Below are positions 13,640-27,088 of a DNA stretch of 64,000 nucleotides, one piece after another. Position 1 is the stretch's first letter, and every line of letters begins with the position of its first letter. Below the pieces are notes generated by a model. The model was given only the letters and a program-made list of their open reading frames with translations. It had not been told where the DNA came from and did not search any database. The stretch is from Oculina patagonica. Taxonomy: Eukaryota. Location: positions 2,542,001-2,606,000 of the forward strand of contig NC_135765.1 of the NCBI RefSeq assembly GCF_052425735.1, given 5' to 3'. The position numbers and the translations under genes are program-made.

Positions 13640-14300
13640 CCCTCCTTTAGCCGGAAGTTTGGGCTAGGAAGTTTAACTTTCATCCTCAATTCTTCAGGCT
13701 GCCAGGGGAGACGACTGTAAATTAAAGTTTCAACTCCCTAGGCAATCATCCACCCAACTGAAAGTGAAGATTAGTAAAGAGAATTTTTCTCCTATTTCAA
13801 TTTAACGTCCTTCACTGTCTCAGAGGTGAACATGTTGGGAGGGATTGTACTCCTATCCACAATCCTTCGCTCTTACATTGAAAAGAGTTGAGATTGTGGA
13901 TGGAAGTAACACTTCTTCCCACTGTCTTTTCCTCTGTGAGAGTGGAGGATTGTGGGTGGGATTAAAAGGTCCTCCCATAATCTTTTCCTCTATGAGAATG
14001 AAGATTGTTAAAAATTAAACTCTCTCCTACAGTCGTTTCCTTTCGGAAAGTAGGGATTGTGGACGGACGTAAACCACCACCCCCCCCCCCCCCCCCCTAT
14101 TAACCTCACTTCCAGGTGACGTGGAGGATTGCGGGAGGGAGTTAAACTTTGATCCTCAATCGTCTCCTCCAGGAGGTTGGAGGATTATGGATCAGAGTTA
14201 AATTCCCTTCCGTAATCTTCCCCCAAGGCAAGTGCAGAAGTTGATGGGAGTGAGACTTTTTCCCATAATGGGCGTATATATCGCTTCTGGTATAACCTCC
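13640..14300. repeat. Degenerate tandem array of ~50-60-bp hairpin units related to the 58-bp satellite
   Basis: Recurrent GATTGT/GATTGC/GATTAT at mostly ~50-57-bp spacing; stems ATCCACAATC (13855-13864)/GATTGTGGAT (13892-13901) and AACTTTGATCC (14145-14155)/GGATCAGAGTT (14189-14199). Confidence 0.6.
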
Positions 14301-15316
14301 TTTGGGCAGGAGGGAATTGCTCATCGGAGTAAACTAAATTTAAATGTAAAAGTAATGGACAGCGACACAAGTTTAACCTCATTCACTTTTCAAGTGATGT
14401 GGCTTATTTATATCCTTTTTATTTTTGTGACTAAGTAATGTTACATTGTGGAGAGGTTTTGAGAGCATTTGGGCCAAGCCTTTAATCTGCTCTTAGTATC
14501 TTCTTTACAGGCGTGAAGTTGACTTTATTTATATTGACTCATTTGTTGTGTGGTGAGTACTGATAAGATTAAGGTTTACTCAGTGCACAATAAATTATCT
14601 TCTCGGTTAAGTTTACAAAGTCATATTTATCAATTGCCTACACGATAACGGACGCTGTTTTCATAGTTTCCTAACACTCTTAAGCAAAAAATTATAATAT
14701 CTAAAAGAGCACGAGAGAGACTTAATATAAAAAAAACAACTTAGCTAACTTATTTAACGCACAAATGACATTTGTTTGCAAGATATCATTGGATTATTTT
14801 TCTGTTTATTTTTCCTGCTTCTACTCATTGTTTTTTTTTACATTGATAAGAATTTTTGTTTCGCTCGGTAACAACGTAATAGAAATACATGTGAAGTACA
14901 AAACATTTTCTGTAAAGAACATGTCAAAAATTTAAAACGATCCTTTATCTACAGTCAGTGTTTGTCCCATTATATTATTATAATTGTAATCACAGAGTGT
15001 GGCAAAAAGTCCCTTCATGAATAATAACGTTTACAAATGTTCTTCTTCTTCTCGTTTTGCGCTGTGTTGTTGTTCACTTTCTTGATTGTTCGCTCTCCGA
15101 GTACCTGCAAAGAGGATCAAACATTGACAATATATTAGAACACATAACCTAGAATAAAGGTTAGCGGTGTAAAAATCGATCGTAAATGAAGCCAACTAAT
15201 CCGGGGATCGCCCTGTTGTGTTAGGTCATTTAATTTTGTGTAAGACTACCTTTTTTCGCAACAAAGGAAAACGTTCCTTTACTGACAAGAACATAGTTTG
15301 TGGCGAAGGAAAATAA

Positions 15317-15633
15317 TAACTTTTATACCATGCCATAGAAAATACAGCCAATCAGAATACAGGAAAGCCGTTGTATATTCGACGGTATTCAACCCAACCT
15401 TCCCATAGTGCGCTGCGACTGTATTGTCGATGAAATTTAGTAAGCGTATTTTCTATGGCATGGTATAAAATAGTTACACAACACTTTCTCGTGGTATACT
15501 ATGGAATATCCCACTTGTCACTTGTATTTTCTTGGCATACACACTCGCCTAAAGGCTCATGTGTATACCGAGAAAATACAAGTGACTCGTGGGATATTCC
15601 ATAGTATACCACTCGAAAGCGTTGCATAACTAG
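15317..15633. mobile_element. Non-autonomous repeat with internal inverted repeats
   Basis: TTTTATACCATGCCATAGAAAATAC / GTATTTTCTATGGCATGGTATAAAA followed by a second nested IR (GGAATATCCCAC...GTGGGATATTCC). Confidence 0.7.
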
Positions 15634-16947
15634 TATTTACTTAACCCCCATTAATACCCAAGTTAGAGACAGAGTGATCAAAATCTATTATCTCCTTTTT
15701 ACGAGGCAAGAAACAAAATTTAGATAGACAGCGGGGAATATACTAGAAATGTAACCTAAAGTTGCAAGCGATGAACAAGACCATAGATTTTCAATTTGGA
15801 CGTATTGAGTTATTCTACCTCCTCTACGCCTTGCAATTCAATCAAACAAATTTTAACAAGTCTGATCACATAACTGAGACTAAACTTTGCGCGGTTGCTT
15901 TTCTTTCAGTACAAATCTTACTTTATAAAGCAATCCTCCATACCAATTTTCTTTGCCATAGTTCCCAAAATTTTACCAAATGTTAGATGAATGAATTTAA
16001 TACTACATCAAGACGATATTTTTCAGTTTATAACTTATGTACAGGATTAAACGCAAGTACTGTTCATTAAATACTTCATATTTGACTGCGTTATTTACGA
16101 TTTCCATATTTCTTCATATTTGACAGAATTGATAATTTTCTCATAACCTGTTTTTGGGTACTGTATATAGACACTGTAAGGGAAAATAGACTTTGCATCT
16201 CACGTTGACACTAGGTTATTGGAAAGCGAACATGTTAAAGGCGCTGTTATTATTGACATGCCACTGAAATCACTATAAATGTTCTTAAAAGTCGATGCAT
16301 ACTTTGTAGGCATTTTACTATAAATATAAGTTACTAGCACATTGTAATCAGAAAATCTAGTTGAGAAAAGCTGAGAGTTCTTTTTTCGTTATTTAAAGAT
16401 TGTATTTCTCGCACTTTCAGTCGGCATTGTTGTATAATAGGTGAGTAAACTGTAACATTATTTTTTCTCAAAATTTTCATGCAAATCGTTTGTAACTTAT
16501 GTCCATCTTTCATCAAGTTCGACTTCTCTTAAATGCAAATAATTGATTTGGCACAAATGAAGCATTAATAACATGTTTATTTTTTGCCCACAAATTGAAA
16601 ATTTCTCCAAACGAAGACTAGTATTTTGTAAAAAAAAAATGTGTATCAAAAGTTCATTTAATATAAAAAGTGGAGGAAGGGCCGGGTGGGAGAGATATGA
16701 AGACGTTAAGGAGGGATACGCATGTATAAGGGGGGGGGGGGGGGTGATGTAGAAAAATTATGTGGTCACAAGGCCGGGGTGCAGAACCTTTTTGTTTTTT
16801 CATATTCACACTTACTTTATGTTTTTTTCTTCTATAATCATAACTTACTAATGTCCAGTCCATAACCTGAACACAAGAAATGTATCTTAAAGATGAGCTT
16901 TGAGTTTTATTTAATCATTTCTAACAGAAGTTTCAATGACATCCTCC

Positions 16948-17470
16948 TCATCTTTTGTCATTTACATTGCCATCACCACTGTCATTTTCAGGAGTCTGTC
17001 TCTTGATCAGTGACATCGTCTGATTCGATTTCCTTGCCCATAGCAGGTCTGAGTACACTCTGGTTTGCTCCACGTCGTCCATCACATCTGCTTCGATGAG
17101 ATATTCTAGGTCCTTGATGTGAAACCTTGGGTGGAGCTTGATCCTTGCCAACTTAGCTTCTGACAAGACTGCATTTGCGAGGACTTCACCCATAGATTTG
17201 TAATTTGTATGCTTGACTTTTTGCCCATATCTTTCTGGCGTTGGACGTTTTTCTTCTTTGCTCTTTCTTTTTTCTCTTCATTCTTTTCCTTTCTTCAGCA
17301 GCAGCTGTATCCCAACCAAAAAGACTATCTAGTATTTTGTATTTATAACTAATGCAGCGGTGTAAACAACTGATTTTCCAATTCAGTTCATTATTCGCCC
17401 AGTTTTTAGGTGTAAGTGTTGTATCATTCAAGAAATTTTTCGGCCTCACTATATATGGATATATGTCCAA
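16948..17470 (-). pseudogene. Frameshifted coding-like remnant of unknown family
   Basis: Two abutting protein-like ORFs (17186-17470 and 16948-17193) joined by one frameshift near 17190, with a basic RKRMKRKKK stretch; no recognisable domain. Confidence 0.35.
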
Positions 17471-19049
17471 GTATTGATCTCAGTTGGAAAACTTGTTTTA
17501 AGGTACACGATGAATTTATTTCGTAACTAAAACTTCTGTTTACTTACAAATATCATGGTCAGTGTTTTGAATTGTGGAAATTGTGATCGCGTGTGTTGTT
17601 AGGGAATGGGTGCCCTGAAATTTCTGTTGCAATGGGGAGGGGGAGGGGAGGCCTGGAATTTTTTTCGGGTTAATGATGCCTCATCTTCATGTCCCGTCCC
17701 TCTCCTCCCCTGCCACCCTTTCATATTAAACGATTTTTTTAGCCGACTCTTGACGAACAGGTTTGGTTCTAACTTGATCAAATATGTAATACGAAGCGTT
17801 AGTACTCTAAATTCGCATAAAAAAATTAAAATAAATGCTAACCGCCTGAAATGTTCATTTAGCTCTCTATATTTCTTTTAACGTTACTGGTACATCAAGA
17901 CTGACAACTTAACTAGTTATGTTTTTTTTAAACATACTTGACAATGTATCGATGTGGTAAAAAGATTTTAGATTTGATCACTTTTGTACTTAACCTTAGT
18001 TTTAAATGGAGTGTTTCTGTTTATATTTCTTTTGAACTGCTTGCTCTATGCTATAGGCCTATCACAGTGAAATTGTGCTGAATGATGCAAGACTTGAAAC
18101 TGCCTTTTTCATAGAATAAATTGCGACGAAGAATACTATAGAGTTTCAATTTGGTCAACTTGCGTTCATCTTCCTACCCTATTGTCTTGCAATCAAACTA
18201 TTTGTTTTCATATGTGGTCACATAACAGACTAAATTAACGCGATTGGCTCCCTTTCAGTAATGATCTTAAATATAAATTCTCCACACAATTTTAAATTAC
18301 ATTGTATAAATTAGACCTGAGAATTTAGAACTGCATGAGGACAATATCCCCTAGTTAACAATTTGTTTCTCATTTTCCCCTAGTTAACAATTTTTTTGTC
18401 ATTAAAATTAAACAAGGGCATCAAATTAGCTAGCTATATTTTGCCCCTTCCATTTCTTCTTCTACTCGTTTTGTTTATGTTTACCTTTGTAATTTTGGAA
18501 TGGAATAAATAAATAAAGTGAAATTAAAATGAAATGAATAATGAGAAAGAATTAATATAGAAAATAGACTTGTCATGTTATCTCGATAGCTGGTTACATT
18601 TTACTGCTAATTTATAAAGCTACTCAGTAAAAAACCGTAATCAGAAAATCCAGTAACACCTTGAAACTGATTTGTTTTGCGGCCTCTTATAAGGATTGTA
18701 TAAATATAGTGAATTGGAATTGGTCGTCACCTTAAACTAAATTTTTGTCACAAATTGCTTTCACGGTTACACGATCATTATGTCCTTCGTTATTAACCTC
18801 TACTTGTTTTCAAAGCAAGCAATCACAAGTTTGTTTCACAATTTTAGCCTTAGCATATTTTTGCGATCTGTACGATTAAATACTTCCATTTTTCTTTCGA
18901 CCATTTTCTTTGTAACATTTCTTGTTTAGTCGAATTTTTTCAAACAATTTTGATTCTGGTATTCTAAAAATACGTTAACAATTCTCCAATTTTGAAGTGA
19001 TATTGAGAAAAAAATTAACTAACTCGAGACATTCATTCTGCATCCTTAC

Positions 19050-20370
19050 TGATCACTTTGTATCTTTTTTGTTGCTGGTACATCAAGACAATCAGTTTTC
19101 TAGTTATCTATTTTCTTCATAAGATACTTGACAATGGATCAGTGCGGAAAGGAGATATTATATTTTGATCACTCTTGTTCTGAAATTTTTTATGATAAAC
19201 AACAGAACAAAAAAAAAGATAAACTTATCTTAAATAAGATGTTTCCGATGTCATCTTAGGCCAGTTTCAAGGAGCAAATCACTGCAAAGGAATTTGCGGC
19301 ACGTTCTTTCAAAATATTTGCCTTCAATCTGGAGAAAAAAGAAAATAACATTGTTAACTTTAGCTATTTTCCTTTGTTTTGTCAAAAGTTAAGGAACGAT
19401 TTTTTAAATTAAAATTCCCGTTGACTGATCAAAACGATATACGAATAGCACTCTAATATTTTACTGATTGTGCGAATAATATTTGTCAGCTTCAAATTAA
19501 CCAGCTCGAAATATCAATTCTCGAACCTACAATTGACCTGCTCCCCAAGTATCAAGGCTTCATAGCTCATGTGGTAGAGCAACGCACCGATGTCGCGTTA
19601 GTCAAGGGTTCTAATTTCGTTGTTTCTTTTTATGGTAAATGACACAACAAAAAGACAGGATACAATGAACGTATCTTACATAACATGTTTCCAATGTCAT
19701 CTTGCGCCAGAGTCCAAGAACTAATGAATCACTGCAATCCAAATGGCTGCACATTCCCAGAAATATCTGCGTTCAACCTGGAGAAAGAAAGAGAATATTA
19801 ACTTGGGCGATCGTTTAGGACGATTTCAGTTTCTGTTTATACTGATCAATACAACATACGAATAGCACTCTAATATTTTACCGATCATGCGTATAATATT
19901 GTTACCAACTCGAAATATCAATTCTTGAATCTACAATTGACCAGCTTTATAGCTCAGTTGGTAGAGCAATGGTGTCGCGGAGGTCTTGAATTTTTCCAGA
20001 ACAAACAAAGCACTTGTTTAAAATTGCTTGCTCACTACCAAGATCATTTCATTCATTTCAAAATCCTTACTTTATAACTCTTTTTCTGCTAGTAAATCAA
20101 GACAATATTTCCTAGTTAACGGGCTTTTTTACAAGATACTAGACAATATATTAATATGGTAAGGAGATACGAGATTTTGATCACTCTTGGACTAAAACTT
20201 TTTTGGCAAACGACAGACAAGATATGATGAACTTCTTACATAAGATGTTTCCAGTGTCAGCTTGCGCCAGAGTCCAAGAGCTAACCACTGCAATCCATAG
20301 TGGCTGTACTTTCTTTCAAAATTTCTGCGTTCAACCTGGAGAAAAAGAAAACAACATTAACTTGTGTGTA
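19050..20370 (-). repeat. Three diverged tandem units, each with an exon-like cassette
   Basis: Acceptor TTCTCCAG|GTTGAACGCAG at 20335 and 19777, variant at 19328 (another copy at 23798); GTAAG donors after 20240 and 19680. Confidence 0.7.
19535..19622 (+). mobile_element. tRNA-derived SINE fragment (second fragment ~19936-20050)
   Basis: GGCTTCATAGCTCATGTGGTAGAGCAACGCACCG...GGGTTCTAATTTC: A-box and degenerate B-box, no intact cloverleaf. Confidence 0.65.
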
Positions 20371-20778
20371 ACTTAGTCGAACGTTTAGAAGTGTATTAAA
20401 CCCGTAAGTGGATTGATAGACAATACAATTGTTGTTTCGCATTGACTCCCGAAAATAACGAACTTTATGTAAAGGTTACTCCATACCTTTGCAATAAATA
20501 TAAACATAAATCTGTAGAATCTACATATCGTAAAATCCCGGTTACAAGACACAATAACCACCCCCCCCCCCCCCCAATAAAAAAAGCATATTTCAAATTA
20601 AAGGATATATTACAAAGAAAATCCCCTGTTTTTTTACAGATCTTTGAACAATTTGCAACTAACAATGTGTAAATAATAATAATGATACAATTGCCGTTAC
20701 TGGAAGCCCCCATGCACGTTTTATTCACTTCCATTCACCTTCAAAGATGTTGTCGGGTCTAATCTGGTCCCTCTCTAA

Positions 20779-21009
20779 GGGACGGACCATTATTTTCTTG
20801 AATGAGGGGGATGGGGTATGAAACATTTTCCTCTGCAAACTTTCTTTAAAGTTTATGCATCTCTGCCAAAAAAAATTTCGAAATTCCACCCATGTTTTGT
20901 AATACATTTCGTGTGCAAACTTTTTTTTTGTCTTTGTAGGCCCTGTAAACAATTGTTTTTCTATATTTTTCATACCCCCCCCCCCCCTCTCCAAAAAATG
21001 GTCCTTCCC
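20779..21009. mobile_element. PIF/Harbinger-type MITE
   Basis: TAA-GGGACGGACCATT...AATGGTCCTTCCC-TAA. Confidence 0.8.
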
Positions 21010-22185
21010 TAATCCCGGCCAAAATTTCTCTTTCGAAACACATTACGTTACCCAATCAAAGGACTCAACAACTGCTGGGTTAAGTTATTGTTTTCGTTAA
21101 ATTTTTGCGTCGGTAAAGAAGACCTTTTAACATTTTTTTTAAAAAAAATTTGTAAGTGTGGTTCAGAGCTACGTCATTTTTTCATAAATTTAAGGTGGCT
21201 CTGAAGTTTGACCCATTTACAGTTTGTTAAAATAACTGTGAAAATATATAAATATATAATTTTGTTTTTTAACTGACATAAAAAACAAAATCTTTCCCAG
21301 GCTATATTAGTTATGTTAATAAACGCCAAAAATAGGGTATCTTTGACCCTTTTTTGACGTTGCCATGGCAACAAGTTTTGACGTCATTTAGATTTTACTG
21401 ATAAATGGTTTACTTGTTTATAGTAAACGATTTTCAGCGGCATCATTGGGCTAGCCATAGAATACCCATAGACTACACCTAGGCCTAAAGTAATGTGAGC
21501 TAACAAGTTGGAGTTTCGTGAAAAGTTTTATTGTTGTTCATGGTTGCAAGGCACAATAATAATAAGGCGTTATCGTTTGTCTCACGATGTAGTCACTTGG
21601 GATGTCGATTGCGAAGTTTCGTTTGCTTATAATTGCTAGTATCAGGACATAAGGGTGGACTGATGAGGCGTCACCATATTTAGCACAATGGCCGGCTGTG
21701 ATTGGCTGATTTCGTTCCTCTATGTACTGGCAAAAGGCCTTTCCTGACAGCGGTCCACTGCCGTACTGGTGGGCGTTCATGCTTCTGGATCTCAATTCCA
21801 CTAGCGTTCCGCCAAACTCGCCGGTGTACACTTTATTGCATTCACAGGGAATTCTGTAAACACGCCATCTTGCTAAGTCGGGTCGACAGCGTCCTTCGGT
21901 CGCAGCAAGTGTGACCTAAGTGTGGTGTTGGACTTGAAAACAGCGCTCATGCCTTGTTGTGAGATAAGAGCTTTGCTTCCATAAAAGATTTGCGAACACT
22001 TCCGGCCTTCTCTGAGAATAGTGCAACATAACGAACCACCAAGCAAGGAAAATTAAACAGTATAAGTATTTAGTTAAGCATTTATAGATCTGTATTTTTA
22101 ATTTTTAGCTGTCGTGCGGGAGGTCTGGGGTTCGACTCCCAGATTCAGATTAGCCTTAGCCTTGATATGAGGTTTTGTTTCTTTA

Positions 22186-22701
22186 CCGTAAATGATCTAA
22201 TAAACGCCCGGGGCGTCTATTAAATTTTTGGGGTCCTAGGGGAGGCGTTAAATAGATATGAGGCGTTTATTAGAGAGAGGCGTTTATTTCAATTTAACAG
22301 TAGCAACGTCAACACAACTAATAGGATGGGTAGTTTTCTACTGGAGTAAGATACATAACAGAGTTTGTGAGTAGGAGACTAATCTAATCTGCGCTAATGC
22401 AAAGCCTTGAGATGCCGTTCATAGTTCGATATCGACGTTTTTTATCGTCATCGGGGTTAACCATATTGGCGTTGTTGGCCTCTTCGATGTCCGAGTCAAG
22501 CAAAAAACTAACTTTATTGCGTGAAATTACTCCGATGGAGCATTTCCTTGGTTTTTGAGATGATTCCTGGAGGGGGGCGTCTATTAGACACGGGGCGTTT
22601 ATTAGAGAGGGGCGTCTAATACAAACTTAACACCTCAGAGGGGGCGTTTATTAGATAAGAGGCGTTTATTTGAGAGAGGGCGTTTATTAGATCATTTACG
22701 G
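22186..22701. mobile_element. Tc1/mariner-type MITE (TA TSD)
   Basis: TA-CCGTAAATGATCTAATAAACGCCC...GGGCGTTTATTAGATCATTTACGG-TA, with repeated GGCGTTTATT subterminal motifs. Confidence 0.9.
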
Positions 22702-22931
22702 TAATTGATTTGTTTTAGTTTTTTTTTTTGCTCTTGTGTGCTCTCGTGTGCGTCTAAACTGAGATTGAATTTTTTTCTAAAGGAAACCCAGCGAAAGTAT
22801 GGAGTAACCGAACCTAAACCGTTTCTATTCCAGGCTCAGAACAAAACTTCTCCTTGCTCTCCTTGCAAAATTAGTGGAGAGAATTTCGCGATACATCAAA
22901 GCAATACCCTGCAGTTGATGATTTTCATTGT

Positions 22932-23578
22932 AAAACCTCGATCAAACGGTCATGATAGTTGATGATAGTTCGCTGCTTCCAACTATCATTCACTATCATA
23001 TTGACTATCATGTTTGCGATCAAACGCTCCATGATAGTTGACGATAGTTTGTCAAAATCACGCAATGCGCGCTCGCGCATTTCATTTTTTGATTTTCTCG
23101 TTCTCAACTCCACTATCACTCGGTGCAGAAATGTTTTCATGTTTTTTCCTTGTTTCCGATGCTTTCACGCCATCTTTTGCTTCTGGCAGTGATATTTTCA
23201 ATGCTTTCTCGGTGCTGTTTTTACTCTTCTTCTTCCCACTCACTTTCTCGTTTTCAGCTTAACTTTAGTCCAAATATTAATCTAAATTTCGGTTTTCTTC
23301 TTCACCGAACGATAGAATTTCCTTTGCGGCAGCCATGAATCTTGGATTGAGCCCGTCTTTGACTGAACCACTGACCGATAAACTATTATGCACTATCATC
23401 CCCGCGATCAAACGGTAAAAACTATCGTCAACTATCATGTTAAATTTGAGCACGTCCAAACTGCGTGATAGTTGGTGATAGTTGATGATAGTGCATGATA
23501 GTTCGTGTTCAAACGCGCGTGATAGTTGGAACTCTCATCAACTATCATCAACTATCATGACCGTTTGATCGGGGCTTA
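22932..23578. mobile_element. MITE with TIRs and GATAGTT/AACTATC subterminal repeats
   Basis: CGATCAAACGGTCATGATAGTTGATGA...TCATCAACTATCATGACCGTTTGATCG in a TAA/TTA context. Confidence 0.85.
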
Positions 23579-25197
23579 AGATAGTTGATAATAAAGTGAT
23601 ATGGTAAGTAGAAATTACATTTAAACGACAAAACATGACCGACAACAACAAAGGCAGAAGAAACGAAACACTTATCTGAAATGAGATATTTCCAATTGTG
23701 ACCAATAGCCAACTTGCGCCAGACTCCAAGAGCTACAGACCACAACATGATAAAAAATTGCTGCACTGTCTCTTAACATATACCTGTCAGCGTTCAACCT
23801 GGAGGAAAAAGGAGGAAACAGCATTAAATTTACGGCTAATTTCTGTGTATGGTTCTTTTCTACTGATAAATACGCCATGGAAATATAGGAATGTAATTCT
23901 TAAAATAACAAAACAACAATGTTCGACAGTTTTGCTTTGACTCCCAAAATAGTAAGGTGGAAACCTTGCATATGACAGAATTTCAAAGAAACCGACATTC
24001 AAAGTACCTTTTTTTAAAATTCTATATTCTAGACAAATCAATGGTAAACAATTTTCTTTTACCTGAAATTCGACAAAACAAGTTGAAGATGTTGTACGGA
24101 CGGCATTTACCAGGGTGAACTCGGACAAAGGAATGCGTCGTGACTCGTGAAGTCACGCCTACTTCAGTCAATTGCAGTACCTTGCTCGCTGTTAGAAAGT
24201 CTCATTCAGCCTGCGGGAAAAAAATGTTCAAGTTATGGGAATGACTTCCGTTAGGTTAACAAATTCTCTTTCCAACACCGACCTTTCTCGGGTGAGAAAT
24301 GTGCACGGCAGCACTCCAAACCAACTGAACTACGAACGAACAAGTATCATGTGTAATTGTAGTGTAAACATTTTAACCAACAGTCGTTCGTAAGAAACAC
24401 TCTAACCAATGGATTGCTCACGAAAAAAATTCTATCTGTGATTCAATGAGTATTTCAACAACTAAACTAGCTGATTGAACGACGATTTCTTTATAGCGTC
24501 ACCGATAAGCACGCCGAAAATTTCACAGCAGAATGGTTACCAGTTTAAACGTTAAAGCGCCAAAATTGAACAGAAAGCTAAACGAAACGAAAAGCTACAA
24601 AAGCTATAACAACTCGACGAATGAACGACTCTTAAAAAGAAAATAGAAAGAGAAAACGTTGGCTTACCAGAAGCGGGAGCACATGGAAGAAGATGAAGAA
24701 CTCAGCTTTACAGCACACAATGGTGAACAACACTCAAATGATCGGCGTGTCCTTTGAGACTTCTTTATATACGCGATTAAAATTCATTGCAGCTTCCATA
24801 AATGTGCTTTGTTCAATCAGAAAAATTCGTCAAGACTTTTGTGCATTGAATAAGTGAGAATTTGACAAATGTTGCGAGAAAAGCAGGCACTTGAATTATT
24901 AATGGAGAATACTATTTTGTTAGAAATTTGTGGTAAAAGTTACAAAAATGTGTCGCTGAATTGTAATAAATCTTGGCGGGGTTTTAAATGAAATAATGGG
25001 AGGTGGATTTTCACTGTTGCGTAATTTCACGTGCGTAAAGAAAGAGATAATGGATACTGGTTGATTTCTTGTGTCATAATTAAGCATTTGAGCAGAAGGA
25101 AAATTAAAAGCTTGCAAAGCATACAGAAAACTATTAACTTAAAGGATTACGTGTGGCTGTATGGCCATGTGTCTTAAACAGGAAAGCTAGCATTCTT

Positions 25198-25368
25198 CAG
25201 TGGCGGATCCAGACCTTCAGATAAGTGGGGGGGGGGGGGCGATCATCCAGACCCTGGAATAAGGGGGGCCCGCACTCGAAAATAATATTTCACGGCCGTA
25301 CGGGCCACTATTTAGCTTAAAAAAAAAGTTTGGGGGTCCCCCGGGCCCCTCTCCTAGATCTGTCACTG
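25198..25368. mobile_element. hAT-like MITE
   Basis: CAGTGGCGGATCCAG...CTAGATCTGTCACTG terminal inverted repeats. Confidence 0.7.
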
Positions 25369-26274
25369 TTCTTGCCTCAGAAGGGCCAGGCAAGAATAGC
25401 TCAAACATATGTACTATAGGTTCATTATTGTTGTGAATACTGTAGCTAGCGAGAAATCATCTTTCCTTAACAGTAGTCAACTAGAAGAAATTTATGTTGC
25501 AAAGTAGTAGGAACATATAAATAAAGTATTGTGATTTGTGGATTGTGATGTCCTTTTCTTTTCTTTTTTCGTGAGCATGGTGGCTAGATTTGTTGACTCT
25601 AGGTTCCAATGCAGCAACCTGGTCTTCAATATCTTGCCTCAAGGCTGATTAGCAGTTAATTTCTCTTTATAACATCAATACATAATCAACCATAGAAGTA
25701 AGGAGAATTGAGCAGAATCAGTGTGATACTGTTCTTCCAGGCACATATATTTAAGAAATTGGAAACGTCCTCAAGATTGCCGCAGAATCTCACGAGTTTT
25801 TCCTTTTCACCTTTCTTCGTGAAAACAAGGAAATTACGCTTTCTGTTGTGTTCCTCTCGTTTTTTGTTTGTTTGTTTTCATGGTTGTGCAGAGTGGGTTC
25901 AAATCAGAATGCACCCATCTGGTTTGACATCTTCAGAAACGCAACTTCAGAATCTCAGAATAAATATGTCAGTTTTTAGAAGCCAGCACGCAAATAAAAA
26001 TTATACACGACTCCGAAATTTGCCTCATCCTTCAGATCAAACCAGGGCGAGAAAATATTTTCCATGACGTTTCACGGGCGAGAAAAGATTTCTCTCGCCC
26101 TGAATCCCTGATTTAAACCCAACCTTGCATCTACGGCACTGGATAACGGCTGCCTCAAATTTCGTCGGTGAAAAGGTGGGAACTGGGAACAGGGAGGTTG
26201 GACGCCTAGGAAAGAGGCAGGGGGTCGGTAGGAAGTCGGCAGAAAAAGCCGCAGGGAAAGGTGGTTAGCAGTTA

Positions 26275-26635
26275 TAAAATTCATCTGCGCGCGAGTTTGC
26301 GCGCGCTTACGTCACGGAAAACTTTGAACGAATCTTATTGGCCGATTTTTGCGCGCGAGTTTTTCTGCTGTTGTTATGTCATAAAAGAAAGATTCCAACT
26401 TTGAAACAAAACTTGGGGATGATTATGGCAAAGAGGAAATGTTTCCTGAGAATTTCTTGCAATCGCTTGGCATTTTTACAAAGCAAAGAGAAATGAGGAA
26501 ACAGGCTTAAAAGGTATGTTGACTGGGGCGTTTGTTTTAGAACAAATTATTAAAGTGGTGGCTTCGTAGTTCTTTACCTTCCTCTAAGAGGGCGGAGTTA
26601 TAATAACTTAAAAACTCCACCAAAACTGAATTGGA
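26275..26635. repeat. Dispersed ~400-bp segment, copy 2
   Basis: Colinear similarity to 1975-2370; ends just before the MITE at 26659. Confidence 0.85.
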
Positions 26636-26658
26636 GATGTTCCGCGAAATAAGAAATA

Positions 26659-27088
26659 CAGTAAACACCCGCATATAAGAACACATGATTTCGGAGGTCA
26701 GGCTGATCGGGTTCTTATTTAATGGGTGCTTAGTGACAAATCAGCCTCAAAGTGTTCTTAAAATGTTCTTAAATGTCTATGTTAGTAATACTACCCAAAA
26801 ATGCCCCTAGATGTAAAATTAGCATAAATTAATAAATATTCTCAGATTTAATGATCACAATCAATACTGTGTCATTGAGCCCAATAGATGAGATGACTGG
26901 CTGTCCTTCATTATAGGTAATGATGAATAAAATTACTTGTTTTTTACGTAATTATGACACCTTTTCCAATTTATAAGAACATGCTGAATTTTTCAGGCTG
27001 ATCTTGTTCTTATAAAAATGGGGCTTTATTGGCCAAATTTCAGCCTGGTGTTCTTAATCCATTTGTTCTTATATGCGGGTGTTTACTG
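26659..27088. mobile_element. Tc1/pogo-type MITE (TA TSD)
   Basis: TA-CAGTAAACACCCGCATATAAGAAC...GTTCTTATATGCGGGTGTTTACTG-TA; a right-end fragment recurs at ~43747-43772. Confidence 0.9.

Noticed and set aside
9243-14300. CRISPR-like array
   Set aside because: No constant repeat with unique spacers, no cas genes, eukaryotic context.
19556-19622. tRNA gene
   Set aside because: Degenerate B-box and no acceptor stem; SINE-derived. The same applies to ~19945-19990 and ~22111-22143.
21538-22140. GC-richer block with short ORFs, possible TE remnant
   Set aside because: No termini, TSD or recognisable domain could be established.
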